From NCBI GenBank assembly GCA_963836075.1, contig CAWIIB010000008.1, positions 170,093 through 234,092 of the forward strand: a DNA stretch of 64,000 bases, in the 5' to 3' direction. Positions within the stretch are counted from its first letter, which is position 1. Every line of letters begins with the position of its first letter. The DNA is from an uncultured Acidobacteriota bacterium (GTDB lineage Bacteria > Acidobacteriota > JAQAZP01). Positions 1-11,245 of this stretch are shown piece after piece. Both the position numbers and the translations under genes were made by a program. The notes below the pieces were generated by a model. It was not told the DNA's origin, made no database searches, and worked only from the letters and a program-made list of their open reading frames with translations.

Positions 1-63
1 TGCCGCCGCGTTCGTTTCCGGACCCGCGCCGGCCGCGTCCGCCCTCGTTTTTCGAATCCTGGT

Positions 64-1005
64 TCATCTGCTGGCTCCGTTTCCGCCGGTGCTGAACAGG
101 TTTTTCAGCACCATTCCGGCCATGCTCGGGTTCTCCACCATCCGGCGCTTCAGATAGGCGATCGCGTCCGCCCAGTTTTCGGCAAAGGGGACGTAGAGCC
201 GGACTACGTGGCCTTCGCTCACCAGCCGCTGCTGCAGCGGCTCCCGCGGTACCCCGAGCAGCATCTGGAACTCGTAGTTCGACCGCGGGATCTGAAATTC
301 CTCCAGGATTTGCCGGCTGCGCTCCAGCAGGGTCTCGTCGTGGGTGGCGATCTCCACCCGGTGGCCGCCCTCGATCAGCTTGCGCAGCAGGACGAGGTAG
401 TTCTTCTTGATCTCCCGCTTGCGGGTGTGGGCCACCTCGGCCGGTTCATTGTAGATGCCGATGACCAGCCTGATCCGGGACGGTAGGTCGGACAGGTCAT
501 CGATATCCGCCGCCGTGCGAAAGAGCCTCGACTGCAGGACGGTGCCCAGCTGTTCGGCGGGGTAGTGTTCCCGCAGCCGGCGGTGCAGCTGCAGCGTGGC
601 CGAGGTCAGGCGGTGGTCCTCCATATCGATGGTGGTCCCCACACCGGCCCGGGCGGCCGCGGACACGACCCGGTTGATGCTCTCCATGGCCAGCTCGCCG
701 TCCAGTTCGAGGCCCATGGCCGACGGCTTGAGCGATATGGTGCTCTGAGCGGAGTCCGCGAGGCGTCCCACCAGGCGGAGATACAGATCCACCTGTTTTT
801 CCACCTCCCCGGGTGAGGTAACTTCTTCACCGAGGACGTCCAGGGTGCTCAGGATGCCCCGGGAGCGGTAGAGCTCTCGGGCAATCTCGAGCGCGGACTC
901 AATGCTGTCGCCCGCCACGTAGGGCCCGGCAAAGGTCTTGACCATGAAGGGAGGGGTCAGCCGGTGAACGATGAACTGTTTGACGCTGTCCCAGACCCAA
1001 CTCAT
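64..1005 (-). CDS. Monofunctional proline dehydrogenase
   Basis: 313-aa ORF with ProDH motifs: YVAG, TLDVLGE, SLKPS, IDMED, IATHD, EFQML(L)G, RLYVPF, YLKRR..ENP. Confidence 0.93.
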   Translation of the reverse strand: MSWVWDSVKQFIVHRLTPPFMVKTFAGPYVAGDSIESALEIARELYRSRGILSTLDVLGEEVTSPGEVEKQVDLYLRLVGRLADSAQSTISLKPSAMGLELDGELAMESINRVVSAAARAGVGTTIDMEDHRLTSATLQLHRRLREHYPAEQLGTVLQSRLFRTAADIDDLSDLPSRIRLVIGIYNEPAEVAHTRKREIKKNYLVLLRKLIEGGHRVEIATHDETLLERSRQILEEFQIPRSNYEFQMLLGVPREPLQQRLVSEGHVVRLYVPFAENWADAIAYLKRRMVENPSMAGMVLKNLFSTGGNGASR

Positions 1006-1191
1006 GTCGACCTTCTCCGGGGTGCTGGAAACACCCTGATATCAAGCCTTTCACGGCTTTTCCGCTCTGGTTCGGAACCGGCAGAATAGCATTTTGCCGG
1101 GGCCTTGGCAACGCGGCCGGCGCCCCCTGCTTGCGTCCCGAGCGGCCTCTGTGCTATCAAAGATCTTTCTTTCGGGAGGTGCAGATAGCAG

Positions 1192-1836
1192 ATGAACTCT
1201 TCCCAGCACGACGGGAACAACAGCGACCGTTCCGCCGAACACTGGCTGGAGGCCTACCGCAGCGGCGCTTACCTCAAAAAGTGGCACTATGACCACCCCA
1301 GTCCCGAACTGGTGGCCATGGTCAGCTGCGGCCTGATCAAGCCCGGGGCCCGGGTGCTGGAAGTGGGGTGCGGAGCGGGCACCGATTCGATCTACCTTGC
1401 CGGGGCCGGGGCCACCGTCACCGGTTGGGACATTTCCCAGACCGCCATCGATCTGGCCCGGGAGGCGGCGCGCGAGGCCGGGGCCCGGGTCACCTTTCAG
1501 CGGGTGGACATCTTCTCGCCCATGGTCCCGCGGACCAATGTGGACGCGGTGATCGACCGCGGCTGCCTGCACAACATCCCCCTCGAGCAGTGGCCCGAAT
1601 TCTCCCGCCGGGTGCACCGGTTTCTCAACAAGGGCAGCGGCCTCTACTTTGTCAGAGGGAGCCGCGAACCGACGGTGGGCCGGCAGATCTTCACCCCGCT
1701 GACCACGGAAAACGTGACCCGCGGTTTTTCAGTGCGCTTCAACTGGACCCGCCTCGAACCGTTCATGCTGCTGGCCAACGCCGGCCTGATCCCGGCGGCG
1801 ATGGTGCTGATGCGCGCCAAGTCGAAGGTGGGGTAG
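1192..1836 (+). CDS. Class I SAM-dependent methyltransferase (TPMT-like)
   Basis: VLEVGCGAG motif I, DIS..AI, DRGCLH; GGAGG RBS upstream. Confidence 0.88.
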   Translation: MNSSQHDGNNSDRSAEHWLEAYRSGAYLKKWHYDHPSPELVAMVSCGLIKPGARVLEVGCGAGTDSIYLAGAGATVTGWDISQTAIDLAREAAREAGARVTFQRVDIFSPMVPRTNVDAVIDRGCLHNIPLEQWPEFSRRVHRFLNKGSGLYFVRGSREPTVGRQIFTPLTTENVTRGFSVRFNWTRLEPFMLLANAGLIPAAMVLMRAKSKVG

Positions 1837-1840
1837 ATAC

Positions 1841-2506
1841 GTGTCTCCCGGATATTCCGCCCATTGCCGGAATCCGGCCCTGCTGGTTCTGGCGCTGCTT
1901 GTCTTCTCCGCGGCTTCCCCGGCCGACACCCACCGCTGCGAATGGGTCTACGACGGCGATACCATCCGTCTGGAGAGTGGCGAACGGGTGCGGCTCCTCG
2001 GGGTGGACGCCCCGGAAGTGCACCATCCCGAGCGGGGGGAGGAACCCTTTGGCCGGGAGGCCATGGGCCTGGCTATCTCGCTGGTTTCGGCGCGAACGGT
2101 GGAACTGCAGTACCACGACGGAGATTCCATTGACGGAGCGCAGCGGGACAAGTACCAGCGGGTCCTGGCCTACGTCTGGGTCGATCGCCTCGACGGTCTG
2201 GGCCGCCGGGAACCGGTCTGTCTCAACCTCGAACTGCTGCGGCAGGGACTGGCCCGGGCCACCAGGGCCTGGGCTCACCCGCTGTACGATGATTATGTCA
2301 AAGCCGAGCAGGTTGCCCGGGACCAGGGGGTGGGCCTCTGGGCCGGGTGGCCGTCCCGCTCGGCGGACAAGGTTCTGGTCACCACCAAGGGGTCCCGCTA
2401 CCACCGCCGCGGCTGTCCGCACATCAAGGGGCGCAAGACCAGCACCCTATCCCTGGCCTCGGCGGAGAAGCGCGGGTGCACGCCCTGCCGCACCTGTCGC
2501 CCCTGA
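1841..2506 (+). CDS. Secreted thermonuclease (SNase family) with C-terminal Cys-rich metal-binding domain
   Basis: Signal-like N-terminus; VYDGDT, VRLLGVDAPE, DKYQRVLAYV, LLRQGLA, AR..GVGLW; C-terminal YH..GC..CTPCRTCRP. Confidence 0.92.
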   Translation: MSPGYSAHCRNPALLVLALLVFSAASPADTHRCEWVYDGDTIRLESGERVRLLGVDAPEVHHPERGEEPFGREAMGLAISLVSARTVELQYHDGDSIDGAQRDKYQRVLAYVWVDRLDGLGRREPVCLNLELLRQGLARATRAWAHPLYDDYVKAEQVARDQGVGLWAGWPSRSADKVLVTTKGSRYHRRGCPHIKGRKTSTLSLASAEKRGCTPCRTCRP

Positions 2507-2757
2507 AAACCCTGCCGGTGTACGTCCGATTCCCCTTGAATTTTCTTGATTTTGCCATATATTCAAGGAAGAGCGTTTTTGATTTGAAGTTGCCCCCGGG
2601 CTTCGCAGTCCGTGCCACCAAGCAACTTTTCCCCAAAACGCGGCCCGGTTCAGGTCGGGTGAGCCGTATCGGCGGTTGCCCGGCGAAGTCATAGCTTCGG
2701 CCTTAAAGCAACAAATAGTTGACGTTATATCATCAGCACAACCGGAGGCCACACGTC

Positions 2758-5700
2758 ATGAATCCCTGCTGGAAAATCTGTGCCCTGACCTGCCTCATCC
2801 TGCTCGCCGCCCTGCCGGCCATGGCCGTGGAGCCCGCGAGCCGCACAATCGACTTCGACAGTGACTGGGGAGAGCCGGGATTCACCGTGGTGTACAGCGG
2901 TGATGACGGCCTGGAACTGGTCTACGCTCTACCATCGTTGACCCTCTCGCCGGTGACGCTGCGTGGCGAGGCCTTCACCCGGGTCACCATCCCCGGAGCC
3001 ATTCTGCCCACCAATCCGGGCGAGCCGAACCTGCCCGGCAGCGGCCGCTACGTGGCGCTGCCCAACGGCGCCGGGGCCAGGGTGGAGATCCTCGACCAGC
3101 GCACACGGGTGTTCCCCGGGGTCAATGTGCTGCCCTCGGCCAGACTGCCCTTCGACGTGGAGCCGACAGCCCCGCTGCCGGAAAAGGATCCCGCCATCTA
3201 CCAGGGGAACACGTCCTGGCCCAAGGAGGCGGTGAAGCTCTCCGCGGCGCGGCAGCTGCGGGGGGTGAACTCCTGCCTGGTGGGCATCACACCCTTCTCC
3301 TGGAACCCGGCCACCACCGAACTGACCGTGATCACCGACCTGCGGATCCGGGTCTCCTTCGTCGGCGGCCAACCGGGTGAGTTCGGCACCGAGCGTCTCC
3401 GTTCCCGCCACTGGGACCCGATCCTCCAGCACCAGCTGGTCAACTTCGACCGCCTGCCCCTGGTGGATTACTCGACGCGGGACTATTCGGGCCGCGACGG
3501 CGTGGAATACATCATCATCGTTCCCGACGACACCGACTTCATCACCTGGGGGCAGACCATCGCCGACTTCCGCATGGATCAGGGCATCTCCTCCCAGGTC
3601 TACACGGTGACCGAGATCGGCGGCAACACCGTCTCGGCCATCGAGACCTTTATCGACAACGCGTACGGCAGCTGGTCCACCGCGCCGGTGGCCTTCCTGC
3701 TGCTGGGCGACTACGCCGCCAGCGGACAGCCCGGCGGGATCACCAGTCCCAGCCAGTCCCACCCCTATTCCGGGACATTCATCACCGACAACGCCTTCGC
3801 CGACATCGACGGCGACCACCTGCCGGACCTGATCAACGCCAGGATCACCGCCCGCAACGCCGGCGAGCTGGCGATCATGATCAACAAGTTCATCGACTAC
3901 GAGGAGAACCCGCCCACCGCGGCCAACTTCTACGCCAACCCCATCGTGGCCTGCGGGTTCCAGACCGAGCGCTGGTTCCAGCTCTGCACCGAGGTGATCC
4001 ACGGATTCTGGGAGAACGAGCTGGGCATGAGCCCGGTGCGCCAGTACAACGTCTACTACGGTAACCCCCAGCCGGGCGACCCCTGGTCGAGCAACGCCAA
4101 CACCCCGATGGTGGTGGACTATTTCGGCCCCACCGGCCTGGACTACATCCCCGCCACCATCCCGGCGGAGATCGACTGGAACAGCGGGTCGCCCACCGGA
4201 ATCAACGCCGCGATCAATTCCGGGGCCTTCATCCTCCAGCACCGGGACCACGGCAGCGAGACCGGCTGGGGCGAGCCGAACTACGGGTCTTCCAATCTCT
4301 CCGGCCTTTCCAACAGCATGCTGCCCTGGGTCTTCTCCATCAACTGCCTCACCGGGCGGTTCGATTACTCCAGCGAGGTCTTTGCCGAGGCCTTCCACCG
4401 CATGCCCGGCGGCGCCCTGGGTTTGACCGCGGCCACCCAGGTTTCCTACTCCTTTGTCAACGACACCTACATCTTCGGTCTCTACGACTCCATGTGGCCC
4501 GGTTTCGATCCCGGGTATCCCTCGGTGGGGCGGGCCACCGGCGCAAACGACCTGCGCCCGGCATTCGCCAACGCCAGCGGAAAATACTACCTCCAGGCCT
4601 CCAACTGGCCCTACAATCCCAGCGACAAGCAGATCACCTACGACCTGTTCCACCACCATTCCGATCCCTTCCTGACCCTCTTCTCCGAAGTGCCCGCCAC
4701 AATGAACGTCAGCCACCAGGGCGTGCTCTTTGCCATGGCGCCCACCTTCACCGTCACCGCGCCTGCCGGTTCGCTGATCGCCCTGACCCGCAACGGGCAG
4801 ATCCTCGGGGTGGCCGACGGCACCGGGTTCCCCGCCATGGTTCCCATTTCCGGGCAGCTGCCCGGTCTGCCCAACATGACGGTGACGGTGACCAAGGCCA
4901 ACTGCTACCGCTACCAGGCCAGCGTGGAGGTGATCCCCCAGGAGGGGCCGTTCGTCTCCTACGTCAGCCACCTGCTGGACGATGATCAGAGCGGCGCGTC
5001 CAACGGCAACGGCGACGGCATCGCCACGCCGGGCGAGACGGTGGAACTGCTGCTGGACCTGCGCAACTACGGCGTGGACACCGCCTACGGCGTGAGCGCC
5101 ACGGTGACCAGCACCAGCCCGCACATCAATTTCCTCGACAACAGCGCGGCCTACGGCAACTTCGCGCCCAACGAGACCCGGACCAACGTCGACGGCCTGG
5201 TTTTCGAGGTGCTGGGCAGCTGCCCCCACGGCGAAGAGATCCAGTTCACGGTCAGCGCCACCGACGGCAGCAGACAGTCGTGGGAGTCGTTCTTCGGCAT
5301 CACCGTGGAGGCGGCGCAGATGGCGCTCCACGGCCAGACCGTGATCGACGCCCCGGACGGCAACAACGACGGCGACGTGGACATGGGCGAGACGGCCTTC
5401 GTGGAACTGACCATCGAAAACACCGGGGCGGTGGATACCAGCAATGTCTCGGTGACCCTGACCAGCAACGATCCCGGCTATGTCACCGTGCTCGACGGCA
5501 GTGCCGACTACCCCGACATCGCCGCCGGCAACACGGCGCTGAGCCTCAGCCCGCACTTCCGCTTCAGCGTCGACCTCTCCACCCCCTGCGGCCAGCAGCT
5601 GAGTTTCGACGCCACCATCGCCACCGACCAGGGGTCGGCCACCGACACCCTCTACATCCAGGTGGGGGGCACCGGCCTCTTCTTCGAAGATGACATGGAG

Positions 5701-6596
5701 AGCGGCGGGGGCAGCTGGACGCACTTTGCCGACCAGGGCGTCGACGACTGGTCGATCATCACCAGCAGCTATGCGCACAGCCCGGACAATATCTGGTTCT
5801 CCAGCGATATCTCCACGGTGAAGGACGTTTCCCTGGTCACCCCGGTGCTGTCGGTGACCAACCTCTCCGAGTTCAGCTTCTGGCACTACTTCAACATGGA
5901 GAGCAGCTACGACGGCTGCGTGATCGAGATCTCCACCGACGGCGGCTCCAGCTGGGCCGACCTGGGGCCGGACATCACCCAGGGCGGCTACAGCGGCACC
6001 ATCTCCACCGCGTTCAGCAACCCCCTGGGCGGGCGCAGCGCCTGGACCGGGACCAACAGCACCATGAGCCAGGTGGTGGTGGACCTCGCCGGCTATGCCG
6101 GAGCCACGGCCAATGTCCGCTTCCGTCTGGCCACCGACAGCTCGGTGAGCGACGACGGCTGGTATATCGATGACGTGCTGATGACCGGGGCCGAGTGCCA
6201 GCCCTGGTCGGGCGGCGTGGAACACACGGTGGTGGCCGCCATGAGCTGCGTACCCGGTTCGGGTACGCTGCCCTTCAGTTCCTGGTTCCAGATCAGATGG
6301 AAAACCTCACCAGCTACTTCCGCCAGGTGGGCGGCCACCTGGACGTTCTGCTGGGGAACGGCACCGGATACAGCAACTGGCGCGCCGGCAACCTGGTGCT
6401 GTCGGCGGAGGAAGTGTACGCCTTCGGCTGGAACCAGGGCATTCCGGCCCTGGCCGCCACCGATGGGAACAACGTCTTCACCCTGGTGGTGGAGGACGTG
6501 ACCCCCGCGCCTTACAACCAGCCGCCCTACCAGCCCTCCGGCGACACCGACACCGGCTTCTGCACGGTGACCGGTGTGGCCCCCCAGGGAGAGTGA
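2758..6596 (+). CDS. Secreted C25 (gingipain-family) cysteine peptidase with propeptide, Ig-like repeats, beta-sandwich domain and shared C-terminal domain; 1-nt frameshift near 6294
   Basis: ATG 2758 with GGAGG RBS; signal peptide; propeptide PGEPNLP; C25 motifs YIII, FLLLGD, HRDHG (His), INCLTG (Cys); two NGDG...GET repeats; the C-terminus continues in the 6195..6596 frame and aligns with the C-terminus of the next gene. Confidence 0.88.
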
Positions 6597-6641
6597 CCTG
6601 CCCGGGGTTCCGGGCAAGGGGCGGCCAGACAATCTGACCAA

Positions 6642-6668
6642 GGGCCCGGTGTTCACCGGGCCCCTTTG
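6642..6668 (+). terminator. Probable intrinsic terminator
   Basis: GGGCCCGGT-GTTC-ACCGGGCCC hairpin followed by CTTT, ~45 nt after the stop at 6596. Confidence 0.55.
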
Positions 6669-6727
6669 CACTCCGGGGCCCCGGCCCCGGGGAAAAGTGG
6701 CCCGTGCGCCCGAAAGGCAGGTAGCCG

Positions 6728-9700
6728 ATGATGTTCCCGCGACGTGTATCCCTTCCACTGGCCCTGGTTCTGCTCAGCCTCTGCTCCGTGTCCGGCGCCC
6801 CGGCGCACACCCCGGACGGGGTGGCTGCGGCGCTGCTCCAGGGCTCGGCAGCCGGAGAGGCTCCGGCCCTGGACACGGCGGACTATCCTCGACGCCGGCG
6901 GTGACCGCTGGCGTGCGTCTCGAGGCACGGGTCAACTCACACCTGGCCGGCCGGCAGGTACGCGCCGGCCCTGGTGATGGACGAGGACGGGCATCTCACC
7001 GTTTTCTGGCAGAGCCGGCGTCAGGAAGGCCGGGGTCACGAGCTGTACGCCCAGCGGTTCGATCCGCAGGGCCGGCGCCTGGGCCTGGAGACCAGGCTCA
7101 ACCAGGAAGTCCCGCCGGACCAGGCCGGCGTCTCCGGCGCCCTGCTGGGCGATGGACGGACGGCGTTCTGCTGGGATGCCCTGGGCCAGGACGGCAGTCT
7201 GGGCGGGGTTCTGGTCCGTCTCTTCGGCTCCGGTCTGGCGCCGTTGACCGATGAGATGGTGGCCCACCAGATGACCCGGGGGAACCAGTCGGACGCGGTC
7301 TGCACCGCGCTTGCCGACGGCGGCTTCGTGGTGGCCTGGAGCGGCCCCGGGAAGCAGGGGAACCTGCCCCGGGCCTGGGCCCGCCGATTCGATTCCGCGG
7401 GCCGGCCCGCGGGGGCCGAGTTCCGCCTGGGCCAGCCTGCGCTGGCCGGCGAGCGGCTGCCCTCCCTGGCCACACTCCCCGGCGGCGGTTTTGCCGCGGT
7501 CTATGCGGCGCTGGATACCGACGGCCGGCCTGCCGGGGTGTACGGCCGATGCTTCGCGGCCGATGGCGTGGCGGGTACACCGTTCAAACTGAACAGCGGC
7601 GGCGACCTCGGCGCCATCGAACCGGTGCTGGCCGTCTCCGGCGACGGCCGGCTGCTCACCGCCTGGCTGGAGCACGGCGGTGAAGCTGCCGATTACGATG
7701 TGCGGGCCCGGCTGTTCACCACCGACGGCGGCCCCCTGGAGCCGGCGTTCACCGTTCACCGGCGGTGTGCAGGGATCCAGAACGGCGCGGCCGCCGTCTT
7801 CCTGCCCGACGGCCGGTTTGTGGTGGCCTGGAACCAGTTCACCGAGGGCAGCCGCGGGTCCGACGTGATGGCCCGTTTCTTCACCTCCGGCGGCGTCCCC
7901 GATGGTGACGCTTTCCACCTGGCCAGGTCAACGGCCGGCGAGCAGCGGCTGGCCCAGGCCAGCGGCCGTCTCCGCCTGGCGGCCGGTGACCAGGGACAGC
8001 TGGCTGCGGTCTGGAGCGGGGCAGGGGAGGGGCTGGCTGACGAGCATGGCGCCTATCTCACGCTGCTGCTGCCGGCCGGAATGAATATCGCCGTGGATCC
8101 CGCAGTGGAGCGGGAAGCGCGGCAGACCGCGGCGTTCCACTCGTTGATCACCGCCATGGCCGGCGACCGCAAAAGCGGCGACCAGGCCCGGCGGGCCGCG
8201 CAACATCCGGACGGCGCTCTGATCCATGGGGTATCCGACGTGGCCGCACCGCACCAGCCGCCGGTCTGGGACCCCGCCCTGCGGAGGGACCAGGAGCCGT
8301 TTGGCGGCGACCCCTCGCCGGTACCGCTGGCCGACGGCGGTTTTTTCGGGCTGGCCAGCACCGGCTGGACCCCGCCCGACCCGCACCTGGCAGTGGGGCC
8401 GGACCACGTGGTGGTGATGACCAACGGCGCCATCGCCTTCTTCGACAAGGACGGCACCCGGACCTTCATCGACGAGATCGAGGACAGCTACGGGTTCTGG
8501 GGCTCGCTGGGGACCACCAACTTTGTTTTTGACCCCGAGGTGCTCTACGATCCCCACTCCAACCGCTTCATGGCCATGGCCAACGAGCGGGGCAATTCCA
8601 ACGATTCCTACTTCCTGCTGGCCGTCTCCGACGACTCGAATCCCAACGGCACCTGGCACAAGTACCGGATCAACGCCACCACCCACTGCGGGGGCACTAT
8701 CGACTCGCCCAACATCGCGGTGGACAGCCAGGCGGTCTACCTCACCGCCGACTGCTGGACCAGCTACAACTACGTGATCTACATCCTGAACAAGACGCCG
8801 CTGCTCAGCGGCGGCGCGGCCTCCATCACCAACACCCTGACCATCAGCGGCACGCAGTCCCACGGCATCCCGGTGACTTACGGCACCGCCCCGGCGATGT
8901 ACATGATCGAGCACTTCGAATCCAGCTCCAACACCACGGTGCGGCTGCACGCCATCACCGACCCGCTGGGCTCGGTCTCCCGGGTGACCTACAACCTCAC
9001 CGTGCCCGCCTACTCCCCGCCGGAAGATCCGCCGCAACTGGGCACTTCCACCCGGCCGGAGACCTTTGACAACCGCTTCTGGAGTTGTGTCTGGCGCAAC
9101 GGTTCACTCTGGGCCTGCCACCACATCGGCAGTTCCCGGGTGCTCTCCCGCTGGTACGAGATCGATACCGGCAACTGGCCGGCATCCGGCACGCCCACCC
9201 TGGTCCAGTCGGGCACGGTGGACCCCGGCGCCGGGGTGCGGACCTTCTTCAACTCCATCTCCGCCGATGACGAGGGCAATGCGGTGATGTGTTTCGCCCG
9301 GTCATCGACCAGCGAATACATCTCCATGGCCCGGGCCTCCCGCTGTGCCGATGACCCGCCCGGCACCATGCCCGACCTGGTGATCCAGAAGGCCAGCACC
9401 ACCGGCTACACCACCAGTCGTTGGGGTGACTACAGCGCGGTGGCCCTGGACCCGGCGGACGGCACCACCTTCTGGATGCACCACGAGTACACCACCTCCT
9501 CCAGCAGCTGGAGCACCTGGATCGCCTACCACGACCCGGAGTGCAACCCGCAGCCGGTGGACACCCTGGCCGTCACTTTCGACTGTGTTCCGGACAGCGG
9601 CACCCTGCCCTTTTCCTCGCAGTTCTGGGTCCAGCTGGAGAACCTGACCAGCGAGAACCGGCGGGCCGCGGCACGCATCGACGCCCATATCGCGTCCGGC

Positions 9701-9919
9701 GGATTTTTCAGCAACTGGCGCGCCGGCTGGACCAATCTCGACCCCGGCGAGGCCTACACCACGTTCTGGAACCAGAACTTCCCGGCGCTGGGCACGCTGA
9801 GGGGAACAAACATCTTCACCCTCCTGGGAGAGGATGTGACCCCGGCTCCTTACAACCAGCCGCCCTACGCGCCGGCCGGCGACACGGACAGCGGCAGTTG
9901 CACGGTGATCGGGCAATAG
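6728..9919 (+). CDS. Large secreted protein (N-terminal E.RVN...Q..P / F.V.W repeats, central propeller-like domain, shared C-terminal domain); two compensating frameshifts at ~6880-6960
   Basis: ATG 6728 begins a signal peptide (MMFPRRVSLPLALVLLSLCSVSGA) in the same frame as ORF 6974..9919, interrupted by TGA 6902-6904; the first repeat EARVNSHLAGRQ lies in the neighbouring frame; motifs PPDPHLAVGPDH, FDPEVLYD, RWGDYS. Confidence 0.8.
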
Positions 9920-9941
9920 GCAGCGGAGCAGGTTCTCCGCG

Positions 9942-9970
9942 TTGACCGAAGCACTACGTGATCGTATAAT
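9942..9970 (+). promoter_or_regulatory. Sigma70-type promoter of the modification operon
   Basis: TTGACC-17 nt-TATAAT, ~100 nt upstream of the small ORF at 10067. Confidence 0.75.
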
Positions 9971-10066
9971 TCACAAAACGCAAGGAATGCCGGGAATGTC
10001 CGGATTCCGGTGCGATTGCACCTGTTTCCTTTTTAAAAATCTGGCGGTTTTCAACGGCGGGTTCAG

Positions 10067-10240
10067 ATGAACAAGGTCAGAGTGGTCAGAGAACTGTTGC
10101 GGCAGTGGTGGGACTTATCCCGCCGCGGGGACAACCGCTCGGGCCTGTTCGTGGGGTCCCTGCTGATTCTCCTGGTGCTGCTGGTCAAGTGGCCGGAGGC
10201 GCCTCCACGGATCGAGCCGTTCATCTACGCCCATTTTTAA
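10067..10240 (+). CDS. Small membrane protein, SxtK/DUF5989-like (57 aa)
   Basis: Read manually (below ORF-track cutoff): MNKVRVVRELLRQWWDLSRRGDNRSGLFVGSLLILLVLLVKWPEAPPRIEPFIYAHF; one TM helix; C-terminal PFIYxxF signature; first gene after the promoter. Confidence 0.72.
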   Translation: MNKVRVVRELLRQWWDLSRRGDNRSGLFVGSLLILLVLLVKWPEAPPRIEPFIYAHF

Positions 10241-10339
10241 AGGGACAGTCCTGTAACCCGAGCTGATAGGCAGATCAGTCCGCCGCGGTCAGGATTCCAA
10301 GAGCCGGCTCCGGCGCTCCAGCGGAGGAGGAGTCTGCCG

Positions 10340-11245
10340 GTGAACGGACGACCTGAAGAAGTGGGGCGGCGGGTGCAGTCGTTTTACGAAGCCCACCCCT
10401 TTCCCGCGTTCCAGCAGACCCGCTTTTCCACCCGTGACGACCTGCGTGCTGCCGCCCGGTGGTTCCCCCGCCAGCTGGACAGTGACCTGCCCACCGGGAT
10501 CCGTCTGGCCGATGTGGGGTGCGGCACCGGCAGGCTGGCCGCGCTGCTCAGCCTGCGCAACCGGCGCGTGGTGGGGGTCGATTTCTCGTCGGCGTCGCTG
10601 GAGCACGCCCTGGGGCTGAAAAGGGCGCTGGTCCTGGACAACGTATCCTATGTCCAGGGGGACCTGTTCCGGGTGCCGCTGCTCCACGGCCGGTTCGACG
10701 TGGTGCTCTGCCTCGGTGTCCTGCACCACACCGCCGATCCGCGGCAGGGGTTCCGGGCCCTGGCCCGGCTGTTGCGTCCCGGGGGGATCATGCTGCTGGG
10801 GCTCTACAACAGATATGGTCGGCTGGTCCACCGTCTGCGGCAGTGGCGCTCAGCGGAAGGCGGCCCGCCCGGGGACCCGGCCCTGCTGAAAGCCCGGCTG
10901 CGGGGCCAGTTGCCGGACGAGGACCAGCAAGCGGATCCGGCGGGCCTCGATTCCTGGTATCACGACCAGTATCTCCACCCCCACGAGCTGACCGTCAGTC
11001 TGGCCGAACTGGGTGCCTGGTTTTCCGAGGCCGGCCTGGAGCCGCTGGGCTGCTTTCCCCGGCGCAGGATTTTTGCCGGCGCCCCGCAGCCTCGACAGTG
11101 GCTCAGTGACAGCGGCCGCCCGCTGGGCGGCTGGCCGGCAATGGCGGTGCAGCTGAAATGGGTTCTGACCCTGCGGGGGGCGGGGGGCTACTTTGTTCAG
11201 GCCGGGCGCCTGCCCGCGCGCGGCGGGAAGGGGGTGGGGCGATGA
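10340..11245 (+). CDS. Class I SAM-dependent methyltransferase
   Basis: LADVGCGTG, GVDFS, FDVVLCLGVLHHT, LRPGG; N-terminal FYEAHPFP and C-terminal DQYLHPHE. Confidence 0.9.
   Translation: MNGRPEEVGRRVQSFYEAHPFPAFQQTRFSTRDDLRAAARWFPRQLDSDLPTGIRLADVGCGTGRLAALLSLRNRRVVGVDFSSASLEHALGLKRALVLDNVSYVQGDLFRVPLLHGRFDVVLCLGVLHHTADPRQGFRALARLLRPGGIMLLGLYNRYGRLVHRLRQWRSAEGGPPGDPALLKARLRGQLPDEDQQADPAGLDSWYHDQYLHPHELTVSLAELGAWFSEAGLEPLGCFPRRRIFAGAPQPRQWLSDSGRPLGGWPAMAVQLKWVLTLRGAGGYFVQAGRLPARGGKGVGR

Noticed and set aside
1841-2506. Nuclease plus methyltransferase as a restriction-modification or defence pair
   Set aside because: The nuclease is an exported SNase type and the methyltransferase is a small-molecule type without DNA MTase motifs (no DPPY/NPPY/PCQ).
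2929-6225. 1098-aa minus-strand ORF and many similar long antisense ORFs (e.g. 15955..17856, 31843..33885, 37847..39886, 55234..57363)
   Set aside because: They shadow well-supported genes on the opposite strand, as expected from high-GC codon bias, and have no recognisable motifs.
6285-6305. C25 protease ending at 6501 or being a pseudogene
   Set aside because: ATC[C]AG restores the alignment with the paralogous C-terminal domain (FWVQLENLT vs FQIQMENLT); most likely a CC to C sequencing deletion.
10067-10240. Small ORF as a RiPP precursor for the radical SAM enzymes
   Set aside because: The hydrophobic TM core and PFIYxxF end fit an SxtK-like membrane protein; no RRE/PqqD, peptidase or exporter is nearby.
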